Origin: Klebsormidium nitens
Lineage: Eukaryota; Plantae; Klebsormidiophyceae
Length of the DNA: 57,491 nucleotides
Direction: 5' to 3'
NCBI GenBank assembly: GCA_000708835.1
Contig: DF237515.1
Span: 1 to 57,491, forward strand
Numbering within the stretch: position 1 is the stretch's first letter; each line of letters opens with the position of its first letter. The notes under the pieces are model-generated. The model made no database searches and was not told where the DNA came from. It saw nothing but the letters and a program-made list of their open reading frames with translations. Shown one piece after another: positions 35,336 to 48,400 of this stretch. A program made the translations under genes and the position numbers.

Positions 35336-36466
35336 GGCAGGGCTTCATGAACACCTGGCCTTGACTGTTTTGGAACCGTAGTACTGGCGTGTAGGCAGGA
35401 TGGAGGGAGTTGGTCGCACTTCACTAGCTCAGTGTGCGGCGTTGGCAAGCGGGCATCTAACATCAACAGCAGAGGAGAAGGAAGGAGCTGAGATATTGGT
35501 TCACCAGCGGTGGTATAAATAGTTGGTGCAATGCTGTCAGACCCAGAAGAAAAACCACGCACGCAGCCACACAGGAAAGGCACCCGGCTCTCACCTCCAT
35601 CTTGGGTTGTTGCTGGAGAGTACACACCACTGCAGCTGACGCCGCAGCGCCGCCATCCTGAATCCTGATCGGACTGCCTCATCTGCAGCCTGAAGAAAAA
35701 GTAAGAGCGTTAGCACCTTGTAGCAGTCTGTTGATGATGTTTGCAACCTTCCCTCAGATTGGGGGTATGAGCAGAGTGTAGAATGTTGCAGTCAGAGACG
35801 CTCGGTGCACGTTTTTGTCTCATTTCAAAAGACAATGTTAACTGGCAACAGAGGACTGCTGCACCGTGGAAACCTTTTCTGGTTGGCTGGATACAAGGGT
35901 GTAATGCCAGGGGCTACCACCACTGCAATTTTGAAGATAGGCCGTGATGCTTGGTGGTGTGCGCAATGTTCGACTTACCTTGCGCTTGAAGAAATCCTGC
36001 AGCAGAAAGCCGCTCCACAGACAGCATGCCGATGTGGAAATGAGTGTTAACACAAATTGGGAGAGTGCCAAAAGTCATTGGTCTCTTGCCAGTGGACTTC
36101 CAAAGTTGAAGATCTTTGGGTGGGAGTTGCTCCCAATGTGGCTGCTGGGGGCAATGGCAAGACAGATTTGCAAACGCCTTATTGCATCACAGCCGTCAAA
36201 GCTTCCATTTGCCTCATTCAGAAGCCCCACGCTGTGGCTTATCAGCATGGATTGTGCTCAGCATCTCCCCCGGCCCAAACAACAGGACCTTGACCATTGT
36301 CGTTAAATTTGAATGCTACAACCACCACAAACCTGCGCAATGCACGAGGGCGTCACGGTCTGGACAGCTCTTCCACATGCCATTGCCAATGCAAGCATTG
36401 AAGCAGCCCTGAGGCTGTATTGGAATCTGCACGAATCCACTTGAGCTTCGATGTCAGCCCCCCGTC

Positions 36467-36552
36467 AACCCTAAAGTTCCTAAAATGTACAGCCCAAAAC
36501 CCCAGGAGTTCTTAGGGGCTAGATTCAAGCAGCTGAAAGGTTCTAGGGTTTT
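36467..36552. promoter_or_regulatory. Telo-box-like motif cluster upstream of RPN6
   Basis: AACCCTAAA at 36467-36475 and TAGGGTTTT at 36544-36552, with CCTAAAA and CCCAAAACCC between them, ~110-200 bp before the RPN6 ATG. Confidence 0.55.
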
Positions 36553-36665
36553 GCGCTGCAATACTTCAGGCTCTGTTGCAATCGACTTGATCAAAGAAAC
36601 CATCAACTCTTCCAAGCTGGAAAGCAGGCGATAGACGCATCGACCCTTCTATCGGTGCAGCAGCC

Positions 36666-39600
36666 ATGGCTACCAATGGAGATACAGAGATTGCTGAGGT
36701 TGATGCGATGGCCACCGATGAGGCGGCACCCGCCGACGATGCACCACCGGCTGAGACCGCCGCAGAGTTGAAGGCGGACACAAAGACTCTGGAGAAGGGC
36801 GTCGAGAAGCAGGCTACTGATCCAGAATCAGCGCTCGAGATATTTGGTCGGATCATGGCGGACGACTCTGCGGGTGCGGAGGCTCTGAGGGTGAAAGAGC
36901 AGGCCATTCAGGCGACGGGGGATATACTGGCGAGTCAGGGCAAGGCCCAGGAGCTGCGCGAGCTGCTGAAAAGCCTGCGGCCTTTCTTTGGTCTGATCCC
37001 TAAGGCAAAGACGGCCAAAATTGTGCGCACAATCATTGACCAGGTGGCGAAAGTGCCAAACTCCACACACGTGCAGGTGGAGCTGTGCAAAGAACAGGTG
37101 AGGTGAAAGAGTTGGCCAGGGCTTGGTGCGCAAGTCAGAAGCAATATATGTGCAATTTGCTGGCCGACTTTTCTAGCCAATCTTATGATTATGTGTGCTA
37201 TTCAGCAAAAATTTGTTGGACGCAAAATGGATGGCAGGAAAGCTTGCAAAGGCTGATTAACATTCTTCAATCTCCTGATCAACGCTGACAAGGTTTACAG
37301 CATGCACGTTTTGAATCATAGGACTGTGCCTCAATCAGCTGACGGCCTAGCCGTATGCAAAATCAATGGTCTCTGTTCTCAGTGGCGAGCTCAAGACCTG
37401 AAACAAGACTCTTCTCCCACGGCGCTGTGAAGTGCAATCTGCTCCAAGCTTGAGTTGCAAACTAAATTGCATCATTTTGTTCCCGCTGGATTATAGGTGG
37501 AGTGGACAAAGCAGGAGAAGAGGAGCTTCTTGCGGCAGAGGGTGGAGTCTCGATTAGCGGCGCTATACATGGAGATCGGGGAGTTCCAGGGAGCGCTGCA
37601 ATTGATAGGTGAGGCGCTGCATGTATATACTTTCCATACTGTTATGACCGTCTTTAGCATGCTATGGCGTAAAGAGGTTGTTTGCCACCATCTGGTGCTT
37701 CAAGTACTATTGAACCACCTTTCGATTGAAAGGTGGTTGTCCTGCTTGCAATCAAGATATATTGCAGCTGTGGTAATATCCTGGCAAGTCAGCAACTTGT
37801 GGTACGTTGCTGCCTTGGAAGCAAATTGATCTCATAGTAGGTTCTTATGAGATATGTCTATGCCTCATCAGGACTCTATGCTTAGATTCTCCAGTGGATC
37901 CACTTCCCCATGGATCGGAATCTCAGACTTTAGACTCGGAATATGACTAGCTTGTCAGGGTGCCGCAGTCACGGCGGCTGCTGTTCGTTGTGGATCCATC
38001 TGGTTTTCGTTGCCTGGACACAGTGACAGTGGTGTGTTGGTAGTGTTCTGGCTGATTCAATTTCAGATAGGCAGGGGTTCTCAAAGGTTGAAACGTGTTC
38101 CTAGTTTCGTGCGCGCTCTACAACAGCACAGTCCTTATCAAGTAGCCCTCTCAAGTAGTGGATGTTTTCGTGCTGTCCAGGCTCGTTGCTGCGGGAGGTG
38201 AAGCGGTTGGACGACAAGCTGCTGCTGGTGGAGATCCACTTGCTGGAGAGCAAGCTGCACCACGGCCTGCGGAACCTGCCAAAGGCCAAGGCAGCGCTCA
38301 CAGCAGCCAGGTCGGTCAGCCATACCGTGGAGCTTGAGGCTTCTAAATCAATATCCACATGTACAAAGCAGTCGATCTGCTGTCTTCTCGCGTACGAAGT
38401 TCCTTACTTCTCAAGAGGCTGGGATAAGACTTTTTGTGGTGTTTTCCTTGGTCGGAAGGTGGTAGAGAAGGAGAAGGCCGTTTACATCTTGCAGCCTTAA
38501 ATTGTCCCGCTTTATTGATTCTCGGAGGAAAGAAAGGCAAGTTTTACGGTATTAGGAAGATGCGAAATTATTCCGTCACTTGTTACAGATGAATTTTGTT
38601 CGCAGCCCTCTGAGATCGGGCTAGCCTGGACAAACAACCGTTGGTATGATGGGGCTGACAGTGGTGCAATGACTCAGAGTTCTTTGGAACACCGAGTCAA
38701 AATCGGACACAACCACCACTTTGCTGAATGAAAATGCACAAGTTGTTCCTTTTCCCAGACTAAGTGGTTCACGACTGACTCAGTTCACTGAAGTTTTCTC
38801 AAAGCATTGTCGTTGTCTCCTTTTTGCTGGACAATATGTCAGGGCCCTGTTTTTGAGTCGCCGCTGCTGCTTTGCAGGACCGCTGCCAACTCGATCTACG
38901 TCCCGCCAGCACAGCAGGGCCTGATTGACATGCAGTCCGGGACGCTGCACGCGGAGGAGAAGGACTACAAGACGGGGTACTCCTACTTCTACGAGGCCTT
39001 TGAGGCCTTCTCCGCGCTGGACGACCCCAAGGCCGTGCTCTGCCTCAAGTACATGCTGCTCTGCAAGGTGCGTACTATATGGTTCCGCGGGACTTTCCGC
39101 CAAATGTTTCTCACCCTGACGAGGATAGCCAGGTGTGGTGTTCCTGTTTTCGCAAGGTCTCTGGAGCCGCAGTTGGAGGGGCGGCTCGAGCCATTGAAGT
39201 TGGCCAGAGTCGGTTGAGGAAGCGATCAGCGGTGTTTCGAGGTTTGATGTCTTTTGAAGCATGCGAGTATGGTGAAGCCGTTTCCGCTTCTTCGTAGATT
39301 GCGTCTGTCTCTTGACTGCCGCTGGCCCATGCCCCATTCATCCGTTGGAAACGAGTGCAAGAGAATCAGGGCCGATGTCGGTCATCAAGTTCGACGTACT
39401 GCCTTTGACGTGGGCGATTGTTTCGGGCCTTCTAAAGACTGATTTAGAATTGAGCGTTGAGGCCCCCCCTAGTAGCAAGGCTTTGTTTTGAACTTTGCCT
39501 TGATTGCAGGATAAATGGTAACCAGGCCGGAACTGAAGGTTGAGTCCGATGATTGATGGTAGTACCGTTCCTCATTTTCAGTGACTCAAGGGCAGAGTCT

Positions 39601-40553
39601 CAGCTCATATAAAGGCACTATCGCCGGGTGTTGATCCATCAACATTGCCAAACTCCAACGCCTGCTTACTAATGCGCTCACAGTATCTTTGCAGTGCATT
39701 CTGAAGGTTTGTAAACCTTGGGATTAGCCTTGAGACCAGCACAAGTCCGCAAGAGACGAAAGAAACGTTCGCCACTCCCTTGTAGATGGTCACAGGCGTT
39801 CCTCAGGATTGGTCTCCGCCACTGTCTTCTTAGCCTCCGTATATGGGTCCAATTGCAATCCTTATCGGCGGACCTTGTTCTGATCGGCTCCAGTGGAACG
39901 TCTGTGGACCTGGTTGTCATATTCCTTCCGGAGGTTCGACCCCGGCCTCGACTAGTCATGCCGCTTCTGAAACTCGTTGCACTACCCAATTTTCACTGGT
40001 CTTGCGACTCCGGTATCCGTGTCCTGATGTGTTCTGTTCCACCCTCTTTCTTCAGGTGATGACGAACCAGGCGGAGGACGTGAACAGCATCATCTCCTCC
40101 AAGGGCGGCCTCAAGTACACGGGCCCCGAGGTGGACGCGCTGAAAGCTGTCGCGACCGCGCACAGCAAGCGCTCCCTCGCAGACTTTGAGCGCGCGCTGC
40201 AGGACCATGGGGAGCAGCTCAAGGGTGACGCCATCATCGAGCACCACCTGGCGGCACTTTACGACACGCTGCTGCAGCAGAACTTGATCCGCATCATCGA
40301 GCCGTACTCGCGAGTCGAGCTCACGCACGTGGCGAAACTGATCAACTTGCCGCAGCCGAAAGTAGAAGCGAAGCTGTCGCAGATGATTCTCGACCACCGG
40401 TTCGCAGGCACGCTCGATCAGGGAGCGGGGGTGCTCATCATCTTCGATGACCTACCGCCAGATACGATTTACCCAACGGCACTAGAAACGATCGAGAATA
40501 TGGGCAAGGTGGTAGATAGTCTATACAGAAAGTCTGCCAAGATTGCAGCATGA
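36666..40553 (+). CDS. RPN6: 26S proteasome non-ATPase regulatory subunit 11 (lid subunit), 5 exons, ~453 aa
   Basis: Exons 36666-37097, 37497-37608, 38181-38310, 38878-39067, 40056-40553. Motifs: [66 protein letters not shown], and PCI domain [28 protein letters not shown]. Confidence 0.97.
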
Positions 40554-41535
40554 GACTCTGTCAGCAATCTGCATGGTCGAGGTTTGAGCTACTTTGAGCT
40601 TCAAAAAGGCATCTCAATTCGAATCGCCATGCAGGTGTCATCGTGCTCTATATGCAAACCATAACGTGACACACTGCTTTGCGCGCGAGTCTGGGGCCTG
40701 ACCGGCAGCCGCGCCTGATTGTATTGTTTGTCGGACGGGGACGGTGCCTGCCAGTGCGAGTCGACCCGCGGTACCATACCATGATAATCGTACTAGGTAT
40801 GGCGTGCCGTGGCGCCACGCTGGCATGCAAGCTCGGCCGGGCCGCCCACCTTTGTTGGCAGACGTCACTTATGTCCAGATGTGCGTTCGATTGTTGATGA
40901 CTCAACGGACCAGCGCGATCGTGTCGTGATATGCAGCTATTGCATATAGTATTAATATAGGATCATGGGCGATATCGAAATCATGCATTGCAGGTATATA
41001 TAGTGGCATTCATGAGCACTGAGCGTGTTAATGCGTAAATTCCGTCGCTACATGTATATGTCCGTCATAATTGATCCAATCGGAGTACCCAATCAAAATT
41101 AATCGTTGTTAGTTTTTTGTTAGCTGGATGTACCGACCTAAACTTGGCCGTCCGGCTAGCTCTGGTCGGATCACGAAGCGACAATGCATATGGCCGCCGG
41201 CCGCCGGCCGCCGCCGCCGCCGACTTGCATGTATTGGAGCCTGCTCATGCAGTGCCGCGCCCGCCGCCAATGCGGCCTTAGTTCAGGGACGTGAGTCAGG
41301 ACTCAGGTACGTTTCAGTTTTTTGCTAGCACATGGGTCATGCACACATGCAAGCATGATGGCGGTCAGCGTCGTTAAGCAGGCGGACTGTTGTACATAAA
41401 ACCTGATTCAAAACTTGACACAACACTTCGTGGTTATAAGGTTCACGACTAGTTTGGTAGCTATCTGCTACCAAATGACCCTCAAAGTGCAACTGGGTTG
41501 AAGCCTATGCCGTCCTTTCAAGGACATCAACGCCT

Positions 41536-44280
41536 TCAAGGCTTGATCTTGATCGTGAAAGAGCCTGCGACAGAAAACATCAGCTCTTAAGAGACTCCGA
41601 AACTGCCACCGTCAAAGATGCTTCAGCTCACCACATGCTTCTTCCCAAATAAAAAAACCGTGCCAGAGTCATATTCGAGGACAGTTTCGCAAGCAGAAAA
41701 ATGGGAGTCTGTTGACCACTTGCAACCCTAGCAAACGACTCTTCTCGACCCATGACCATTTAGATCCGGGTCAGCCGCCGTTTCTAAAGAATGAAAGCGG
41801 CCTTCCACGATGACCCAACACAGAGCGAAGACATGCAACAACGGACAGGTCGGACGCATGTCGATGCCAATCTGCAGCTTGCACAAATCAACCACTCCAC
41901 AATTGAAGCTGACAAAACTAAAGCATTCGGCCCTCACATGCCGGCAGCTGGTTCACTTCCGCGGAGACGGTGCATGGAATCCCCAGGTTCGTGAGTGCTC
42001 CCCGGATGAGGCCGCACGGGAAGTACAGGTACGCGCCTGCTTCGGCAGATGCGCGGGCGGCGGGGGTGTCGGACGGAGAAACGGGGGTCCCCGGGGGGGG
42101 TACGTCACTGGAGAGGCGAGTGAGCCATCGGAAGCGCGTGTCCTGGAGGACAAACGTGCCCTGCAGCGAGAGGAAGAACAAACTGAGTAAGCGGACTGTT
42201 GGGGCTTTCAGGAACGCAGGCATGTGCGGCCGGACGTGTGGTCACAGAGGAAGGAGCAAAGAAACAAAGATCCAGCTATTAAGGCTTGCATGTAACATGG
42301 ACGGGGGAATAACCGGTCATAAGATACAATCGTCAATGGTTAGTACACGTTGAGCATAACATAGAAACCGATTTCATGCCATGTAGAGTGTTCGTGTGAG
42401 ACGGGCGAGTCGACGAGTCAAAGCAGTCTTGGCAAAGACAGTGGAAAGAGGCTTGGGCATACTGAGGGCACAAACTGAAGACCCCTTTTGCAAAGACTGG
42501 TTTCAACAAGAACGGGCGGACATTGGAACCGTTGCTTCTGTGGTAAAAGTATCAGCAAAAGAATCGAAGCCCTTGCTTATCGAGTCACTTTAGTCTATTC
42601 TATTGTGCTCGACAGATCGCTCTGCACCGAAGATACCATGTGAAGCGCATGGAAGACCTCACTAAGAGAACGGATTCCAAGCTGGAGAACAAGGATATAA
42701 TAGTCAAGTTTCCCACTTCCTTCTTCCCTTCTTCTCTGGAAAACCCGCAAACCGCGACCTCTTGTCTCTTGTACCACTTGGAAACAGTGCAAGTTGCCAG
42801 CACAGAAGCGATCCAACCGTAATTCAATATTGCCGAACAACGCCCTGCACTAGCAAGTGGCGGACCACCTCCCTTCCATCACAGTAGGCTCAAAAGGTGT
42901 GCGAGCAGCCTCCAGATCCGAGTTGTCATATCACGTCATCATGTGCTGAATTGATAGATCCAAGCTCTGTAGCTTTTTCGGAAGTACTTGGCTTGCGAGG
43001 GCAACACTCACTCTGTGGTTGGTCTTGAGGTTATCGACCTGTTTCTTGAACACGTCGCTCCACAGGTCCTTGCAGATGAACTTGATCACCTCCAGGTGGT
43101 CCGCAAAGCGCGGCCGCTCCTTGGTGGCCCTGCCAAGGCGCAACAAGGAAAGAGACTCTTCACACCAGCATCCAAGTCCAGGACAAACAAACCCAGAACA
43201 CAAATTGAGAAGCTTCTTCCTCCGCTGGGGCAGAATAAGTGTAAATCGTAACAGCAAACCATTTCGCGCAAGCAGGGTCTGTTTTATCCCAAAATGCAGA
43301 ACCCAGAACCCCAGAAGAGTGCGCTCATAGAGTGTCCCTATGCACTTGTTGCGGTGTCCTCTCTCCTGGGGACACAACGTGCTTACAAGCAGTTGGCTTA
43401 AGCTCGTCCCAAAAATCCTTGGATACTCAAAAGTGTCGTCGAAAGCCCCAATCAGTGTTTGTGATTAAAGCTTGACTCGCAGCAACAACATCTAGCACTA
43501 AGCCCAATGCCTTGTTTCTTGATCATTGGCCTCCTCTGGAAGCAACGTTTGTAAATTCAGTTCAATCAAGCAAAGCCTGCCAGGGAGGGAATCTTTAGTG
43601 AAAACTAAGAAGCGAGCGCCCTGGTTGCGAACAGTCTGCCCCAAGAACGCTGTCGCAATTAGCCAATACATCATCAGGGGCACTACGTTGTTCTCAGCAG
43701 TCTCTAGAGCACGTGCAAAGCCAGAAGCAAAGAATTTGTTTATTGCTCGGAAGCACAAAGTCTGAAGCAGCATCTTTGCAAATGTTATGGTGGTGCAGGG
43801 CCTTCTGGCCCCCAGGCCCACACGCCGTGGCAATTGCTATTAAAACCAGATACAAACTTTCATCGACAAGCTGATCAAATGTCAGTGCATCCTCTTGCCA
43901 TCCCATGTAGCAGACGGCCTTCCAAAAGGGGCAGTCTACAATGCAACCTTAACCCAACTTTCTGCGCTATCACAAAACCCTAAGCAACTCAACCTCAGAA
44001 GCAATACTCGCCAGCGTCTCTTGACCGATAAGTTGGCATTGAAGGCAAAGCGGCAAACACTGCAAAAACTGAGGACTGTTTGATTGATAAAGGGTGCGTG
44101 CGCACACATGCAGTGTCCCCACCTCTCAACCAATTGCTGTCCTACTTGGAAGCCTATTGCCTCCACCCGCCGTCCTGCCAGCTCTGGCCGCCCTTTCAGC
44201 TGCTCCGAGTATGATCGCACGAGCTCGATGTTCAGCAGGTCCAGGCAGCTTTCTGCAATCTCCCGCGAACCAGGCGGCAT
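41536..44280 (-). CDS. TRAPPC6: TRAPP complex subunit 6 (TRS33, Bet3 family), 4 exons, ~175 aa
   Basis: Exons 44280-44123, 43129-43012, 42160-41938, 41564-41536. Motifs: [68 protein letters not shown]. Confidence 0.95.
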
Positions 44281-45452
44281 GGCGCCAGCCTTGAGCTACA
44301 TCATCTGAGTCGACCGCTGTCTGCAGCAATCACCACCTTTCCTGCAAGAGAGACTGCGCTACAGCGATCAGAAGGGCCTTGAAAAGGGCCAATATGTGTT
44401 TACAAGCGCCAATCAAACCGAGAGCCCTGCTCATATCATATGTACTAATGTAGTGCTTGCTAGTCCAGAATCAGTGCCAATTGAATCCAGCTCTAGCCAT
44501 GTTGAGCTAGGCGCTTTCGATCAGTGGCAACCAATCAAGGTTACGCTGTTTTTTAGCTACTAACCCAACTCTTCAGAGCCGTCGAACAGAAGGCCCCTGA
44601 CTCATCTCGACCGTTCCGTCGAGATCTGCGCGAGCAACACAAGCAGTGGGTCCGACGGCATAATATTACCGTATGTACAGTCTACACTAGAGCCTAGGTA
44701 TGCGCATAAGACGATACACCGGCATGACGAATGCTTAGTAACTGTTGACATCATGTCAGAGTGCAGGACTACGTACTCCGTTTCTCAAGGCTCTTTCTCT
44801 GACTCTCTATTTTGGCGCCAAGGCATTAATATTGCCTGGTTTGCAAGGATTTCTCCTGAACTCGAAGAAGACTACATCCCTACTACATCGACTGTGAAGT
44901 GCAAAAGCCTTCTTGCCATCCGAGTCTTGCTTCACCAGTCGACAGCAGGTGCATAGAAATTTGACCATCCTGATCACCTGATCATCACTACGAATCATGC
45001 AGTCTAGAGGAATGGAGGTGCTTACTGTAGTACACGTGTATCTCTACTTTTGATTAGAGTACAATGCGGGATGGCTTGCATTGCATGAGACAACGTCCAA
45101 TGTCAGAGCGCTCACTTGCGAATAAGGAAGGACCTGCATCCTTCCACCTCTGATAAGGGCTTTCTCATCAGCAACCTGCGACTCTGGAGTTTGGCGCCGT
45201 GCATGGCCGAGACTGAGGTGGCTTTTTAGATTTCTTACCCACTTTGACACAGATTACCAGATAAAGTCACTGCAATTTCATAACAACCACTAGACGAAGT
45301 CAGCACAGGCCCTGCTTGCATGGCTTCTGTGATGGTGTTGTAGCGTCGGGTTACCGCGTCTTTACCGCCCAAGGTGCCGGGTAATCTTGCACAGCATTGC
45401 TCTCAATGCTGTTTCCAGCACAGTTTCAGCTTAGGGCAGGGCTCGGCTAGAC

Positions 45453-48400
45453 ATGACGCGAGCAAAGGACGGCCCGAACCAGGGGACCATCTCGTGGCAT
45501 TCTTCTCGGGCGGTCCTTGGGCTCAATTTTGACCCCGCTTCAGGGGGGCGACCCAACGGCACTGCTCACAAGGCGCCATGGTCGCCCCCCTGCACGGTCC
45601 GCGAGCGAGAAAAGCATGGCATGCACAAGAACAGTATGTATAATGGGGGAGGGAGTGGGGTAAGAGATGAGCTGGGGGTAAGAGTGGGAGCTGGGGGGGC
45701 GGTTACAAAAGAGGGCAAAGAGGGGGGGAAGCAGGAAATGCGGTTTACCAGGTTGGACCATCAAATTGGAAGGAAGATTGGGGGGAGGTTGTACTTGCGA
45801 GCATCTGACAGCTTGGTGGGTTCCCAAATTCAAGACTTTGACCGGACTTTATTGTTGTGGGGGTAAAAGCCTTGGTTGTAGCAATCATGCGTCAGAGGCC
45901 GACAATGCTGTCATATTCAAAGCTTCACTGAACTTTCAGTGCTGAAAACGGGGTCGATTGTAATGCTGTCGAATGCTAGTCCTGGTCCTCAACTCCTAGA
46001 ACGCCTCATGCGTGCTCCTTTTCCAGCCAAACTGAAGGGGTGCAAATTAGGCAAGGAGCCTAGAGCAGCCTCCTCCAGTAACTGGAGCACGACTTTCCCC
46101 AAAACTCTGCAGCAACAAACGGTGAAGCTGGGGGTAGAATTTTCTTATACGATCCCCTAGGTCAGGCTAGTTAAGATGGAAGACCATTTTTGAGAGGCTC
46201 TTAACCCCGGAATGCAGAATCTGAGCGGGTAAAAGCTGCTTACCTTACACGAAGCAACCCCAAATATCCGCAAGCGACTCTTTCCCACACTTTACCCCTC
46301 AGCTATCAGACCTTCTATGGTTCCTTCAGGTGCACCTGCGGAACACATTTGGGAGCATGGACCCTGCCGGGGAGGGGCGCCTCGACTGGCAGAAGATTCA
46401 GGAGGGTCTGCGACAGTACCGGGTAGAGCTCACAGCAGAAGAGGGGCGGCGCGTGCTGGACAGACTGGATGCTGATGCTACGTAAGTGCACCTTTCTGTT
46501 GTTTGGGGGAATCGTGGAAGGTGTGTTACTGACTAAGCATGACCTTTGAAAAGCCCTCAGCAATTGGATGCGTGGGTAATTTCAAAGGTGTCCTTACGGT
46601 AGGCATAAAGGCGGGTCCTGAGGCTCGAAGTGTGCAAACCTGAAAAGACATTGCCATGTATGTAGAGCCTTTTTTTATGGACGCCCTTGGAGCAAACCAG
46701 GCTTTTAAAAGACGTTTGATAAGAAATCGTGGCAACTCTTTTCGGGTCAGACGTACTGCAAACTTCACCAGGATGGTTACGAACAGCTTCTTAGATTGTT
46801 TGAGCGTCCCGTGCAGCGGTCGGGTGGATTACAACCGGCTGCTGACGATCTTCGCGGAGGGCACGCCGGGCAGCCGCCCGCGCACGGCCAGCAACGTCAT
46901 GCTGACGACAGCGCCGTGGGACCCGCTGCCCAGGAACGTCAAGGTGGGTGCGCCGATGCACTGGGGTGATCTTTTCAGAGCGTGAATGACGTAAGACTTC
47001 TGAGAGTTTCTGAGGCTTCTACGCGTGCTGTGAACAAGCCCAGAAGCAACGCCGTCCAAAGTCCTCCAAAGACAAAGATGCGGGCCTCTGCTGGCAATCG
47101 ACGATAACAAAAAGACGTTGAGATCACGTGCTTGATTCGCCTCACATTGTTTCCGTCATTCACTTTGACTTATTCGCTTTTTTTGGTCTGCCTCATCAAG
47201 CCGGTTTGACATGCCCCGTCACTGTCGCAGGCTCTCAGCCTCTAAGTACTTGCATTTCTTTCTTCCCGTTTCGCAGCCCGCCACCCGGTCAGGCTACAAT
47301 CTGCCGCTGCGAGACCGGCAATTGTACCATGTAAGTTTCCGGATATTCCAACCGCACAAAGATTGACCCGCAACTCACATAGAGGACCGATAATTCACTT
47401 CAACCGAAAGGTTCTAGTCCGTAGAATGGCAACGAACAGCTCAGGTCCTCTTAGATGATAGCTCCGCACAATTTGTAGTTCCGCACATATCATCTGCCAT
47501 CAAGTCGCTCGTAGGCAAACCTAGGCCTTCTCGCCCCTTCGAGACTCCACTCCTTTTCGGTAACCCAAATCCACGCCCGTCGCCTTTTTTCAAGGGATTA
47601 CCCGGTATCACGGGTTCTGGCGGGCAATTTGATGCAATTCGGCGCCTCAGGCTACAGCGGCGTTCTCTAAAGTCAGCGCCGCTGACGTTTACCTCGAAAC
47701 TCCAAGAAGGGTGCCCACCCCGTAGTTTGAGAGCCGGCTTGACAACCCAAGACGAGGACATGTGGGGGCCGTAGGAGCGGTAGAAGCTTTATGATCCTTC
47801 ATTCTTGTATACAGGCAACGGCGGCTGTGATTGAGCGCCGCGCAAACCGGTTACGTATCCTGCTGCGGCGGCACGACCCGGGGCGGACTGGGCGCGTCAG
47901 TGTGAATGGGCTCCAGCAGGGGCTGGCAGCGCTGCGGTACAAGCTTTCGGAAGAGCAGGTTCGGAGTTTTCTCACCATGGCCAAGCAGAGGGATCTCGAG
48001 CGCGGGATCGACTACGAGCGGGTGAGTGAGAATGCGCCTCTGGCTGCGCATTGCCGTTGCATGCGTGGTTGTTTCTACTCCGCAGAAAAGAGTCAAACCT
48101 CTTGAAGGACGTCCTTTTAGAACATCTTTTTCCTATTTGTTTGCGAGTCCATGATAATCAGCAATTGGAGCACTTGGAGTGCCGCCTACCCTTACTCTTT
48201 CTCTCAACGTTCACCAACAAAGACAACCTTAAAGGCGTCAAGTGCTTTGCGATCTTTGCTCCTGAAGGTGTGGTGCGTTCATTCGTTTAGCATATCATTG
48301 TCTGCAGCTGGTGAGCTTGTTTGACAACTTCGAGGCGGGCCCGTCTTCGAGCGCGACGGGCGCCGCGCCCACAGATCGTTCACCGGAAGAAAACGCGCGC

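Noticed and set aside
39503-39545. Possible decayed duplicate of the RPN6 exon 5 start (gcag-gataaatggtaaccaggccgga)
   Set aside because: Only ~8 nt of exact identity (AACCAGGC), which is not distinguishable from chance.
39883-39950. tRNA/SINE-like A-box (GGCTCCAGTGG) and B-box (GGTTCGACCC) in RPN6 intron 4
   Set aside because: The T-stem pairs only with a bulge, and I could not build acceptor or anticodon stems.
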